DNA of 64,000 bases, from positions 903,441 through 967,440 of the forward strand of contig NC_068994.1 in assembly GCF_001194135.2 (NCBI RefSeq), in the 5' to 3' direction. The notes beneath the pieces were generated by a model. That model worked only from the letters and a program-made list of their open reading frames with translations. It had not been told where the DNA came from and searched no databases. Shown here piece by piece: positions 14,441 through 29,219 of the stretch; the stretch's first letter is position 1, and every line of letters starts with the position of its first letter. This DNA comes from Octopus bimaculoides (taxonomy: Eukaryota). Position numbers and translations under genes: made by a program.

Positions 14441-15559
14441 ATATACCAACATACAAAAATAGATGTAAAGTGGTGGTGATAGTGGCTCTGCACTGCCAAA
14501 ATAGATATTTTTATGGAGACAAATCACTGCGAATACTCACAGACATGGTTTTACTGCTGTTATTTGAATCATTTACTTATTCTTCCTCTCAAAGCAGTCT
14601 CATTCTTTTACTAATTCTCCTCTCATCTAAACTTTGTAGTTTTGTTTTCTTCTGTATTATCCTTTCCTTCCACAAAGTAAAAAATTGTACTCACCCTCAT
14701 TGCTATTTCTTTTTCAAAGCCTTGTTCTTCTTTTACTGTTTCGATGATGAACTCTTCCAGCTCAAACTTAGGTAGTCAGTCTTTTCATGATTAGATTTTT
14801 CTGATTTAGATGTTCTCTACCCCTCTTTCACTCCATTTTTTTTTTGTGCATCCTGTTCTGCCATAACATTCCGTAACAATTCCATTGTTCACTCTGAGAC
14901 CACCATCTCCTAATCCTTGCAGCTGTCATTGGATAATGACCAGGCTGATCCTGTTGGATTGAGAGGCACTCACTATGCAAGAGAACTTACTTGAAAATCT
15001 AGTTTAATGAAAGCAGTTTAGATAACATTCTCCAAAAATTTGAAAGAATTATGATGATGATGATGATGCTTAAGCTAGTGGTTGCTAATTTAGTTGGCAG
15101 GTATTTTGTCTTGATGGTTGGTGACAAGAAATCTCAAATTTCAAGAACCTTTCTTAAGATTTCTTGCAGAGTATATGATGGTACTCTCCTGCAGGTTAAC
15201 AGAGTGACTTTCATTTACAACCTCTTTTGGGGAGCATCTTGGGTGCTGTACCAAATGCAATAATTACTACAGGAAGAATAATTGTTGTCTTAGTCTTCCG
15301 CTGTCTCCTTCTCCTCCTCCTCATTATTATTATGACTATTACATGCTGTATTAGTCAGCAGGGATGTTGTCTTGAGTTTTCTCAAATCTCAAAACTCTTT
15401 CTTCGGATTCTAAGCTCCTCAACCAATTTGTCCTTGTCAAGCCTTCTCCCTCATCCTTCTATCACTCCCTTAACTATTGCATTATTGAGAGTAGCTGAAG
15501 TATATATCCCATCCTTTTCTGTGCTACCAATTATCTCTCTTTCTCCCCCTCAACCACCT

Positions 15560-16461
15560 CCTATTGACACCCATGTTGCCTCATCCGCAGAAATTGACGA
15601 TATCCAGGTGATGTTTGACAAGGACCCCTCCAAGTCAATCAGGTCCATTGCCAGGGACATGGAAATGTCTGAGTTTCTTATTAGACAGGTAGTGCATGGA
15701 CACATTTGGTATTCCTCATAGCAAATGAGAAAGGGCCAATTTTTATCCCCAGTCATGAAGACAAGAGAAAAGACTGTGCTACGAAGCTTTTGAAGAAACT
15801 CAAGCATCCCCTCCTACTGAAAATGCTTTGGTTTTTCTCAGACGAGAAAATTTTCTGCCAGGATCAAATGGTAAGCATACAGAGCAACCATTGGTTTTCT
15901 GTATCCCCAAAACATGTACCAGGAGTGATAAAAATCAAACACCCATTCAACATCATGGTGTTTGGAGTGATCACTAGTGATGGGGATGTTGTGCCTTCAT
16001 TTATCTTCCCACACAGACTCAGACTCAACACGGAGCTGCCCTGGGTCAAGAGAGTGGTTGCTGGAAGATCCTATGTCTTGCAACAGGACTCAGTGACCAC
16101 ATCACCCCTAAAATCTGGTCACCTCACTCCCTACACTACAACCCCCTGATTATTATTTGTGGGACACAGTTGAGCGAGCGACAGACAAAACTCCTTGTAA
16201 GACCACAGATGAACTGAAGGCAAGGATTATGGCAGCATTCACCAACTTAAACAAGGAGACCATCCAGAAGAGTTGCAGGAGATTCCAAAGTCATTTGGAG
16301 GCCTTGGTTGAAGTCAATGGCGATTTTATTGAATAAATTTACTCTTTAATATTTCAAAATATTTTCATTTAATTTTGGTAAATGTATCTGTTAAAATGAG
16401 ATGTCAGAATTATTTCCATTTTTGCGTAATTTAGATGACAATTTATTGACTGCACCCTGTA
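15560..16461 (+). mobile_element. DD37D (maT-type) Tc1/mariner transposon relic, 5'-truncated, with internal deletions
   Basis: LWFFSDEKIFCQDQ, IMVFGVITSDGDV, GRSYVLQQDS and DELKARIMAAFTNLNKETIQKSCRRF motifs; 3' TIR ...ACTGCACCCTG followed by TA. Confidence 0.9.
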
Positions 16462-19400
16462 TATGCGTGTGTGCATGCATGCACCCACTACTACTACAAG
16501 ATAGTTAAGCACCTCCCTTTTAAACAGAAATCTGCTTACCTGTGGATTCTATATACATTAAAATCAACAGTTTTCACCCCTGTCTTTGTTACATGCTGTG
16601 CTGCATATGTAAAAGATTCTACAGGGTCACTCAGCCTGCTAGATCTAGTTGTGGAATCACACTATACCATCTAAAATAAAGGATGTGTCAGATAATATAG
16701 AAAAGACAGGGAAGTCATAGCTAGAATGTCTTTAATTGTAGGTCCGCACGGTTGCAGTTAATCTGGAGTTAACAATCTACTAACCCCCAAATAGTATGAA
16801 ACCCATCTAAAACTATTCTCTCATTGCAAAGTAGACACAAAATTGCCTTTTTAAGAGGAAAAACTGTGTTTCTGTTTCATCTGTTGTTTCATCAAATGTA
16901 CAATAATATTGCTGCAGCCACTAATGGATTCCCCCTGACTTTATAACAATCACCAACATGATCAAGTCTTTCAACTCCATCTCTTCCATTGTTTTTTTTC
17001 TTTTCTGTCTTGTTGTTTCTTGACTGAGTCGATGATGCTGCTGCAGTTATGTCCTGTATTGTCCATCACAGAAGGCAACACTGTACTAATGTCCTGTTGT
17101 GTCTGCTATCTGAGAATGCTTTATATTTGAGATTATGAAACGTGCAGAGAGTAGAATGTCAGAGTTCAGTGGGAAATGAGTTGTATCCTATACCACCACC
17201 CTAACCATATCCTTGAATATGATTTATGGTACCCCATACTACTACACCTTAATGTACCCCACACTATTATTACACTGTAAAGTACCTATTGCCACTTATA
17301 GACTATAAGTAGAGCCCCAAATTAACCTTGGTTAGACCAAAGCCTTCCAGCTTGGTTTTTAAAATTTTTTATTGTTGTATATTTGCAACTGTTGTGACAT
17401 TGCCCTTCCTTTATTAAGGGTGGTGGTTGGTTGGGATTTGATGCAGATTCTAACAAGTCTGTCAACTCGTCACAGCATTTTCAACATTGCTGAAGTAAAT
17501 CGATTGCTTTAGTTAATCACTTGTCATTGATCTTTCTCATTAGTTTTCTTACATTTTTCAAATATATTTAAAATATCTTGTTTTCTAATCATTTATTCCA
17601 ACAGTTTTAAACAAATTTTTGAACCTGCATCACATCTATCCTAAACATTCTCATTGAAGTAATGCCTTAGTGTTCACACTGTTTATTTGATCATTTAGTT
17701 GTGGCTTGCTTTCTAACCCTTTCTTTCCCCATGAGTACTTTCTTTATCAACCTTAAAAAGACATCTATAAGATGTTGCACCTGCACTCAACTCTGGGTAC
17801 ACATTTCCTTAGGACCAAAACATTTTGTAAGTTAAAGAAGGTGATTATGTAACTCCTGTTGTCATTCAATTATTAATTAAATTATATATGAATGCATATA
17901 TTCATATATGTATGTGTGTATACCAACACATACATCATACGTATATATATGTGTGTATGTGTATATATATGTACTAGCTTCCGTGCTGGTGGCACGTAAA
18001 AAGCACCCACTACACTCATGGGGTGGTTGGCGTTAGGAAGGGCATCCAGCTGTAGAAACACTGCCAGATCAGACTGGAGCCTGGTGCAGCCTCCTGACTT
18101 CCCAGACCCCAGTCGAACCGTCCAACCCATTCTAGCATGGAAAACGGACGTTAAACAATGATGATGTATACACACACACGTGTATATAATGTGGAAGATG
18201 CTGATACATTACTGTGTCGCTGTTCAGCTTCTCACAAGTTGTAATCCTTTGGACAGCAAAGCAGTGTTACCTCAATGATGACATGTAGTGTTGCAGTGGA
18301 TCATCAGCGTCTGTTAATCAAAAATAAAGACTACTCTCATTGAGTACTCACACACCTGTCTATGAAAGTAAAGCACTACTCTGAGTTTCCTGTTTCACTT
18401 ATGTCCTTCAAGTCGACTTAACCTGCAAGGAATAAAAATTTCAGTGTAGATCTTGAAAAAGGTTTAGCTTTGAAAAAATTAGTAACACCTGCTATGTGTA
18501 TTTTGTCTTTTTTGGGGGGAGCATTTGTACATTCAAACAGAATGCATCCTCACACATACAGACCTAAATTTATCATCATTAACACATATACACTTCTCTC
18601 ATGGCTACAAATATATAGACATTTATTGCTGAACTGCCCAACTTGTATGTGTAAAATTTTGATTTTAGTTGATTTTTGTCTCCAAATGAAACTGCTACAA
18701 CTGATTTTTTAATGTTGACCAAATGCAAGTAGTTATTTACAAAATGTTCGCTTATTAAGATGGCTATATGATAGAAATTTTTACCCAGAATTCTCTGTCC
18801 ACTGTGCTTTGGAGACTTTGCCAAGATTCACTTTGCAAATTTTATCAGAATACTCATGATTCTGGTGACTATTATATTTCTTGTTACAGTGTATTTTTGT
18901 CTTGTATGTTCAGAAGTTCTCGAAATGGAAATATTGTCTCCTTCCCTGCCGCTCATCTTTAAAAGTTTATTTTTTAAACAGCTCCTCTTTAATGAATTCC
19001 CACAATTCAATGGCAATCTCACACAGAATTCAATTTCCTGTATATCAATTTGACTTCATACACAAATTTCAAATATTATATATTTCTACTGTTTTGATAG
19101 CGTTCACTAATTATATAATATTATTTGGCTTCATTATTTAGTTTGTGTTCAATTAATTAATCAACTTGTTTCTTCTCAATAATAACAATAGTTTAAAATT
19201 CTATTTGAGATTTTATTGCAATCTCTTCACAACGTTTCCCTTCCACATCATCTACCCGACAAGCAAGCAGTGTTAATTTATCAATGACATATACATGCGT
19301 ACACACACGCATATACACATTTTTACATGTGTACACATGCGCATACATACACAAAATTACTATATTAACACATCAACACAAGTATATAAGTAACTATATA

Positions 19401-20049
19401 TGTATATGCCCCTATATCTATATATATACACATATGTATATACACAAATATATATCTTTTTAAGTCCTTCTATAGTTTACCTCCTGGGCACTTTAGGTAT
19501 TTGTATCATAAGGCGAGAAAAAACAGAATGAATGCAATTATGTTAAACTTCTATCTGAAATTTTGTCATAGAGTCTGTTGGTGAACAATTTCTAGTAATA
19601 TAGTTATTTTACAAGTTTTCCTAGTCACAGCTATTAGTAAAATATATCTACTTTATAGAATTTAATCATAGTTATGAACCCGAAACCCACTGCGACCCTC
19701 AGGAAGTCTGACTTTTATATATCCCCAGCCACAATAAAAGAGGAGGAAAAGTCATGTTTAGATCTAAATTTTAGTTCCTATTTTACTTTGGTGTTTGAAA
19801 AATATTTATGAAGTTTTTTTTCTCGCTTCCTGGTTGCAATTACTTCATCTGTGTATATATGGAAGACAACAGTTTTGAACATGGTGTCGCCAAACATTTA
19901 ATAGATTGTTTCTTACAGTAGTTAACGACAGTCTTTCAAAAGGGCTTTTCTGGATCAAATGTGGTTTAATTCGGGTTACCTTCCCATCTTTTAAATTTGA
20001 AACTGCAGCTGCAAAGTTTTAGATATTAATGGGATTCTAGATGTGCAAG

Positions 20050-20250
20050 CAAATAAATCAGGAAGATGGCGTTTTCTGTTCATGCGCATGAGTGTAAGTA
20101 GTAGTAACTTGAGCATGTATGCATGTGAAGAGACTTGCTTGGTATCTAACATGTGCAACTATGCAGTCACAGCACAGAGGTTTTCCAGCTAGAATGCTGT
20201 CCTGTGCATTTAATAAATGTAAATGTTCTGCGCATGTCTATTGATAGTGA
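20050..20250. promoter_or_regulatory. Candidate distal promoter (YY1-like and NRF1-like motifs)
   Basis: AAGATGGCG at 20063-20071; TGCGCATG at 20083-20090 and 20229-20236. Motif matches only. Confidence 0.35.
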
Positions 20251-20649
20251 GGACTATGGTGCAGTATGAGAATGCAAAAAGGAATAATAAGGTTCTAGAA
20301 TTTAGAGGTCATCGGTCCTGTGATGAGTAGAAAGCCTGCTGACAATAAAATCCTCTTGGACTGGGTTGGGTATCTAACTGCAGGTAGGCTCTTCAACTAT
20401 CACAAATATAAATGGTGGCTATATTTAGATGTGCATTTTAAACTGTTTATTGAAATGGCTCGATTTTCTTTCTTTCCCTGTTAAAGTAGTTACTTCAACT
20501 TTCTTTAGGCTTTCGAGAAACAAATAAAGTTGTTTTCCTTGCAACATATTGTAGAGTTAAATTTTTAGTAGAAAATTTGAATTGTTTTGTAGCAGTTTCA
20601 AATAATATCAACTGGCTTGTTGTGTTAGTTTGTCAGGTGTGCATGCTGT

Positions 20650-21037
20650 CTTGATTTTAAATAGAGCTCTCTGTCTGCTGCTATCTTTCTCTTTCCTCTG
20701 ACCGCTCTTGTTGTTGTTGCTGCTGCTGCTGCAACTCTTACTAATTCTGTCATTGCTGTAGCTGCTGCTGCATTGTTGTGCAGCCGTCTGTCTGTGTCTG
20801 TGCAGTTTGTAACCGATACCTCAGCTGCAGCTACGACGCCATCTTACATATCTGCTTCTTGCTTGAACAGTTTACTTTGGCAAACTCGACCGGTTGAAGT
20901 CCACTTTTCTCTTTACTCCTTTCCCCTCAAACTTGTGCTGGCTGTCCAACTTTTCCCATTCCTCACTGAGACTACGTCTACCAAAGCTATATGCATCTAA
21001 CAAACTAAACCACCAACATTATATAATGTATGTAAGG
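20650..21037 (+). other. Candidate non-coding first exon of ER (5' boundary uncertain)
   Basis: CT/CTG-rich, CpG-containing segment with a YY1-like CGCCATCTT (20837-20845), ending at the strong donor AAGG|GTGAGT. Confidence 0.35.
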
Positions 21038-22117
21038 GTGAGTTGGTAGTAGATATAATACTTTTTAGGTTTCTTCTCTTTTTATTTAGTGACTCTCACT
21101 ACATGTTTGCATTGGTTTATATGCTTTCTACTCATGTGTGTGCACATACACACATCATATGCATGTAAACATACATATATTAATATATGTGTGTGTGTGT
21201 GTGTGTGTACAGACAAACATTTATGCATATGTGCGTGAATGTATATATACATACACATACAGAATGTGTGTATGTGTATATATATGAGTGTGTGTTGTGT
21301 GTGAGTGTCTGTATGCATCTGTGTCTTTGTATAGGTGCATGCCAGACATGTGTGTGTACATAGGAACATGTTTATTTATGTCTGTGAAACAGTTCCATGT
21401 CAAACTCTTCAGTGTCGGAGGGGGTCCCCCACAATATTTTCTGTTTGTCACATTAGTTTCTTTAATTTGGTTGGAAGCTTTCTCAACTTTCCATTGAAAA
21501 CATACCTTACTTCCTTGTACTCAATACTTGTTTCCACTCTCTTTACTCGCAGTAAACATTGTTTTATTTTGTAACAAACTCAATATTTCTTTCATCTTTT
21601 AACATTTAGTTTTGTTTTGTCCTCAATATTTCTTAACTGCTCCAAATTATTATTATTATTATTCCATTCTCAACTCTGTTGTACCTTCTATTTATAGTCT
21701 GTACTTTTTCTAGACAAAAGGTTAGAGAATTTGTGTTGTTATTTCTTGATTTTATTTAGTTGGTTCGGTCAGAGAATTTTGGTTGTAACGCAAGTCCTCA
21801 ACGTTGGTTTTGTTTCTGTTAAGTCACATCACCAAACTTCTTATAGTTTTACTTGGAATTCAAGTTCATTTATTTTTCAAACTGACTTTATCCTCTAAAT
21901 ACAAACTTATTCTTGTTTAATCTAACACAGCTGTCTTTTTCCCCCTCCTCGTCCTTTCTCTCTTCCTGATCATTATGATTTTTAAAAAAAACCCCAAGAG
22001 TTCAATTCTCAAAATCTAAACCAAAACAACATTGTTTTACATTTTGCGAAAATGCCTTCAAATAGGTGAAATGTATTTGTCATTTGATCCATATTGCACC
22101 TGGACTTCTTTTCGCAG

Positions 22118-22279
22118 ATCTTAACCAATAACTTTTTTTTTCAATAACGTTATATGAATTAACTGTCCAAGAAAGTTTTCCTCTTGCTTCCATTTTTCTT
22201 GTGCTATTAGCAATTTACTGGTTCTCAACATCCGATATTGTTGTTGGGGGTTTCCTGTAAACAGTGTATCAATGCACAA
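22118..22279 (+). other. Candidate ER 5' exon (mostly UTR; may carry an upstream in-frame ATG at 22272)
   Basis: Acceptor cttcttttcgcag| and donor CAA|GTAAGT. Splicing to 34855 gives ATG CAC AA|A GAG ATG, in frame with ER. Confidence 0.45.
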
Positions 22280-25200
22280 GTAAGTGTTTTCTTTACAATA
22301 ATTCATCAGTTAACTCGATTGACTCTCAAATGTTCACTCAAAATGGTTAGAACTCAACTTTTATGAAGACATCTTCCATGTAAAATTTGACTTAAGATAA
22401 CTGATATTTAATGACAATAATGTGAAATATATAAGCCAAAGTTTCTTGTAATAATTTGCGTTTTCTTAAAAGTTTTACAATTATGTATTTTTAATGATTA
22501 AAAAAATCTTCACTAATTCAATGAAAACTGTTTCTAATGAAGGTTCAGTGGTAGATGCAATTTATTAAGCCTACTGCTATATTTCTCTGAAACATCCAGG
22601 GTGCAGTGTGTGCATTGTGCGCATGTCCCTTCTCAGCCTTGTAAGCTTTGTCAGAAATTCTCGAAAAATTTGATGTGAAACTTAAAGATTGGTAAATTTA
22701 TTGTAGATATTAGTTTTATATCAGTCTATTATTATAATATCGTTTATAATCAAGTCAAACACTTTAGGTAAGTTATATTTTTCTTTTATTTGAGTAGAAA
22801 ACTCGACATAGTTTCAGTCAACCAATACAATCAATAGATTCTCATTTGATTTTACTCACCTCATATCAATCTTCAATAGTTTTTCTTTCGTTAAACTATT
22901 TTTACTTTAATATTTTCAGCCTGTTCTCTTTGTTTTCTCTGGGTCTGCATGAGGTTGTGTGCATTGGCAGACACTATGCAATCTATGTGCAACTGACTGC
23001 TTGGTCATGACAATTGATATCTACTGCATGTGTAAAAGTGTGGGGGGAATTTGCAACTGCACTCACCACATTTTGGCAACAGCTAACACCATATTTTGCA
23101 GTCTTCTTATTTACAGCCAGGCTATTTGTTACAGCAAGTTGTTACTCTAATTTTTTTTTTTTAAATTGGAAACAGTTTTTATTGTGGTTTGCACACAGTA
23201 CAGTCTCGAGATGTGCAGTTGTAGTGTTGGTGGCCTGAAACCGAAATAAAATGCAGTTGTGTTTTGTTTTAGAGTGATTTCATGATATGTCCTCTTTCTG
23301 GTTCTATCAACTAATTTACTCGAGAGAAGAAGTACATTTTCGAAAAAGAAAAGGTGTACATTTAAATTTGAATCTTCAAAAATCTCCTTCGAATCCACTT
23401 GTAAAATGCAGCGACAAGTTGTTAATTTATGTGGATGAGTTTTATGGTATGAGAGTTAAGAGAAGTGGTTCATATATCTGTTAATGAAGGTACAACACTA
23501 CAATAGATGTAAAATGTCTTCTGATATTTAATCATTCGATGATATTTTAACACAAGTCATCGCCGCTGTCTTTCGCAGCAGATTATTTCTTTAGCAAAAT
23601 TATTAGAAGCATCTGTATGCAGTGATAATGACAATATTTGTTGCAATGGTTGTCTTATTTCTTTGATGGGTTTCTGGAAACATTTCACATTTGTAGAAAT
23701 CGTAAGTCAAATTTCATGCTTTTGTCTAGATTTATCAAAAACAAATTCCATTTTTGTATGATTTTAGTCTCTGTTGGAATTGCGCAGTTTTTGAAGCCGT
23801 TTTTTTTGATGGACCAATGAAAGTTTTTCTACCCAGGATGCCATTTTATCAAGTGTCTGTTGCCTGTTTAATATATCCTTTCTTCTTCTTCAGCAGTTTT
23901 TGATCATCAAAATAATTAGTTAACTTCTAAAATCTCTGCTTAACATGTAGCTTACATAATCTTCATCATTCTCAAAGGTCGAAATATCCCCTGCTTAAAA
24001 TCTTCACTATTTTATAAGGAAAAAACTTCTGTTTAATTTTAGTGAAGGACCCTAGTCCATTGTTCATTTAACATGACATTGTGAACTTACCCTCGGTTAG
24101 CAAAGTCACACTAAAATATGCAACAAATGCTCTTATACAATGTTGTAAACATTTCAACACATTATTGAAAATGATTTTGAAACCTTCTGATCAGTTTCAA
24201 ACAAAAATCTAAGTTTATTTGTTAACAAATCTTGTATCTCTAACAATCTTGTTGAATCATCCAACTAAAAAGGGCCTCTTGATTTTTATCCTCTTGAGAA
24301 ATTATATTTTCACGTTTTTGTTTTTCTAGACAAAAAAGACCATTCAGGTGATCCGAATTTAGACAAAAAACATTCTTTAATATATATGAAGCAATATGGC
24401 GGCAATTGTTAGCATGGTGGTCAAAATGCTTAGTGATTTTGCATCTGTTTTTGCATTCTGAGTTCAAATTCCGCTGCGATCGACTTTGCCTTTCATCATT
24501 TTGGGGCTGATAAAATAAGTACCAGTTGCATATTGGTCGATTTAATTGACTTAAACCCGGAGAGAAAAAAAGAATATGTAGTGACTAGCGATCTATCATG
24601 GCGAAATATATATATAAAGCAACCCATCTAATATTTATGAGTAATTTCTCTCATTTCGTTTGATGTTCCTGCATCTGTCTGTCTTACATCTCCATTAACA
24701 AGTGGTAACAGGAATATACTTGTAAACAATGAGCTTTGATGATATTTAACAGGAGGAACATTTAAACTGGTTTAAAATGAGATTAAAGACTGGATTATTT
24801 TAGCATAGATTATTACTAATATGAAATCATAACAATATTTAAACCAGTATTAACAAATATTCAAGTTATTATTATCTACATGCCAATTTAAGGAATATTT
24901 TACAGTTGTGTGTATTTATTCCATTCTCTTATTATTTAAATTTCACATTTGTGACTTTCAGAATGCAATGGTCAATATTTACTCAACACTAAGTTGTTAA
25001 GGCTCACTTTCTACAGTGTATGGTGAAAGTGAAGGGTTTGAAAGCTTATTGTCATAGATCACAGCTTTAGAAAGTTTGTATGAATGTGTGTGTGGGGGGG
25101 AGAGAAGGACTCTTTATTGACTTGCTCGACATTATTAGTTGTTTATTATATGTAAAGTTTGCAATATGTTAATGAGGTTTGTTCTGCATGGTACCACCTC

Positions 25201-28050
25201 CTCCTCCTCTCCCTCATTTTTAATTGGTTATCCTTACTTTTACCAAGTATTTTACAGTAAGACTGGATACAGCAATAGACAGGCTGTCTGTAGTAGAGTA
25301 AAGACTTCACTCAGCGCCACCTATCAGTTATTATTTTTCTAGATGGGTTACCTACCTTGGCTGCAGCCCCTCCGTAAATCTCAGTATTACAAACTATATA
25401 GTCGGTTTTGAGGATTACGACACATATAAACACTAATTTAATCACCTAATATACTTAGAAAATTATGCTACACATGTAAAACCATTGAGCTGTTGCTAGC
25501 TTTCATTGTAATCAGATTTTGTGTCTACACTCTCATAAAATATCCAAACCTTGATCTCCAAACCATCTCAGTTCCTGACCAAATTTGAACAGTTCTACTT
25601 CTATTATACAGAAAAATCTCTCTGCAAAACTATTTTCTTCAAATATTTTGAGGCTAAAGAAAATTTTTCCATCTCAGTTGTTTGTTCAGTGTCTGGCATT
25701 TCAGTTTATCGAAATCTGCCAGTCTCAACTTGATTCCATATCACCATTACCGACACCACAAACAGCAACCATATTTCTAGGCACTACTAAATCTCTATTC
25801 TCTTTGTACGTGTGTGTGTGTGTTAGCTTTTCTTTAAGAAACACCTTCTTAGCGCTCTCTCTTTCATGCACATGCATGCGTGCGCACGCACATACACACA
25901 CACAGCACTGGGTTATTGTCGTTTTATTAATGTTTTACATTTCATGTTTAAACTTTTATTTTATCAAATATATTTGGATTGAATTATTTGAATTATTTGC
26001 AAAGTTATAAAGGTTTTCTCATTGTTTGGGCCACTTTGATCTCTAAATAATCTTTCGCAAAGCCTTCACATTCGATTGTACTTACATCACTATTTGCCCG
26101 ACATGTCTTTCCATAGAGTATGTTAATAACCTTATGTCAGTGTCATTACTGGATCGCCCTTTGATTTTGTTTTTCTCCCCCCCCCCCTGTTGGATCCAAT
26201 CTAAATCAGAATAGACTCTTCACTGAGTTTACTTGTATCTTGAAACACCTTTTCAAAACTAACATCTACCACACAGTATTAATCTAGGGTACTAAATCAA
26301 CATTGTTCTTGCTAAAATCACTCCTACTAATCAATACTATAGCCATCATTTACAGCTTTTAAATGCCTTTTTTTTTCTTTTACTTCGGTGTTAGATATTG
26401 GTTAGATGACTGGATCATCACTCTCAAATGGTCTTTGAATTTCTCATAGAAAACGGTCATCATCATCACCTTTATAATCGTTATTGTTATCATCATTTTG
26501 ACATTGGTTGAACACGTCTCCCACACACATTCTGTTTGTGTATCTTGATTGTCTATTACTTTTAATATGTGATCTGAGCTCTTCTGAAGCCTTTCTTGGT
26601 CTACCATCTGCATTGTACACATCAAGCAATGTTTTTGATACCAGAGTGTATTTTTTTTTTGCTTCTTCCCCGTCTCATTAGAATGCTTTCATCATTACTA
26701 TCCCCATCACCTCCACCAAAAGCCATTGGTTTTATTATTGACTTCCAGCTCTATTCTACACATTGTACCTTTCAGCTTTGGAAGCTGTCCCTTACAGAAA
26801 TCCTTAATAACCTTGACACAATCTTGGTTCTCTCCTACTTCCTTTTCATAACCTCAACTCGCTAACCACCAGCCTTTCTTAACACACACACACACCTTCC
26901 TAGGAATCAGCTCACAAACTACCAAACTTTATTGACATCATCATCATCATCATCATAACCGTCATCAAGATCATCTAATGTGTGTCTTGCATGCTTCTAT
27001 GTGTCGGATGGCGAGACAAGATAGTAAAAGTCAAAGGGCTACGTTGAGTTCAGTAGTGGTATGGGATGATATGGGAAGGTGGATCCAAGGAGAGGGGAAA
27101 CTGATGGCACAAAACTGTTGAAGATGATGAAATGTGTGCATCCTTAATCTTGTATAATCATTGTAATTAGAGCAGCTGAAGTAGTGGCTGTAGTTAGAAG
27201 AGTAATGAAGGGATAGGGGTTAGGAAGATGAGATATAAATACATATATACGTGTGTGTGTGTGTGTGTGTGTGTATGAGAAATTAAGATAAACACAAGTT
27301 CATATTATTAGTCCCTATGCATCAGCTGTCTGAAGTGCATTTGGCTTCTTAAGTAGAGCAGATTATCAGGGAACACTTTCTTGCCTTAAGTTACAGGGAA
27401 CGACTGTCATTAGTTCTAGTGTTAATATCTCTTACATTTCCTCTCTATTTCACAACTAATTACACCACTCAGTATAGTAATTACTTAACAACACTACAGA
27501 ATGCAGACCGGATTATGAGGATCTATGGGGAACTCTGAACATAACAGTAGTAGTCTTGCATGCAAATACACACATATATAGATATTAGATATGATGGCTG
27601 TCCACTTGTGATTGAAGAAGACCATCACTGACCATTAAGAGCATTGGGCACTCAGACAAAATTACACTTGGCACTTGTGGCTCTGCTCATAACTAATGAG
27701 CCCAACTCTTGATCAACTTACATAGCCACAGATATTGCAGACCCCCACCCCCCAACCATTCACTACACTGGTGGTGTGTTTTCAGGCAGTTCACTTAAAT
27801 TCTACATGGAAAATGCCTGTTTTTTTGAAAATACTGTCTTCTTGTTTTCTCTATTGATGGTGACGATTACAATAGCACAGGTTGGTGCCTGGCATGATGG
27901 AAGAGCACCGAGAGTGAGGCCGCCTTAGCTTTGTGGAAGCATGTCTCTAGAAGGTCACTCCAATTTTACACACCATAAAACTTAAACCATGAGACAAACT
28001 CACAGCTTTAGTTTTAATGAAAATGTATTTGTAATGTGTGTGTGTGTATA

Positions 28051-28186
28051 CAGTAGTACCTTGGTTTACAAACACCTCAGATCACAAATAAATCGTGCTT
28101 TATTTTTATATATTTATATATATATATATATATATAAAGCATGATTTATTTGTGATCAGAAGCATTCGTAAACCGAGGTACTACTG
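28051..28186. mobile_element. 136-bp hairpin MITE (pogo/Tigger-like TIRs, TA target duplication)
   Basis: 52-bp arms at 28051-28102 and 28135-28186 (45/52 identical as inverted repeats), starting CAGTAGTACC, flanked by TA, with an AT microsatellite spacer. Confidence 0.9.
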
Positions 28187-29212
28187 TATGTATGTATGTA
28201 TATAAAACATCATTTCTTTGTATATAATGTAAATATACGTATATGTGTGTGCCTGCCTTTCTGTTTGTGTTAGTTCACCCACCCACCCCTTGACAGCCAG
28301 TACTGGTTTGTTTATGTCTCTGTACCTTTGCAGTTGGGCAAAAGAGATCTATAGAATAAGTACCAAGCTTAAAATGAAGTACTGGGGTCAATTTGTCTGA
28401 CTAAGACCCTTCAAGGTAGTGCCCCAACATGGCTGCTGTCCAATGACTGAAACAAATAGGAAATAAAAGGTATACATATGTGTGTGTGTGTGTGTGCGTG
28501 TGCATGTGTATTTATCATCATTATCCTCCTCCTCCTCATCATCATTTTATATCTGTTTTCCATGATGTCATGTTTGGATGGTTTGAGAAGAACTGGCAAT
28601 CCAGAAAACTGCCCCAATCTATGTTATCTGGTTCAGCATGATCTCTACGGCTCGATGCCCTTCTTAATATCAACCACTTTACAGTAATATGCTGGGTGCT
28701 TTTTATGCAGTACCCAGTATACTCTGTGCATTAGTGCCGTGAGCAGGTAACCTGCAAGACAAGATTCTCTCAACTGGAGTGGGTGGAGTGGTATTGAGGG
28801 CGGTGGCTTTCAACCAAGTGATGAGAGGTGATGGAGGGACAGGAACAAGTGTCTTACTGTAGGGCAGATACATGGTTACCCGATTTGGGAAGAGAGAGAG
28901 AAGATGGTGTTGAAGAGGTGTTTGTGCAATCTGTCAAGTTAGGCGAAAATGAATACAAGTGGCATGGTTGGAAGCATGGTCAATCAGAATATTGTTTGGT
29001 GGGGGAAGGTGGAGAGAGGTAATAGTTCTCCACCCTCTTTATTGACATATATGTTGTAAGGGATGAATTTCTTGTTCATGCCACTTTTGCATCTCTTCTG
29101 ATGCTGTAATTACCTGAATCACAGAAGACCATGCAGTGGGACTGAACCCAGAATCATGTGGTTGAGAACCAAGCATCTTACTACACAGCCATGCCATGTG
29201 TGTATATATGTG

Positions 29213-29219
<7 letters not shown>

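Noticed and set aside
20872-20996. Minus-strand 40-codon frame after an AG (AYSFGRRSLSEEWEKLDSQHKFEGKGVKRKVDF...) that looks like a terminal exon
   Set aside because: No compatible upstream exon was found. It is the complement of a pyrimidine-rich + strand segment, which naturally yields E/K/G/R-rich frames.
22121-22306. Minus-strand 61-aa ORF
   Set aside because: It overlaps a better-supported + strand exon with consensus sites at both ends; no recognisable homology.
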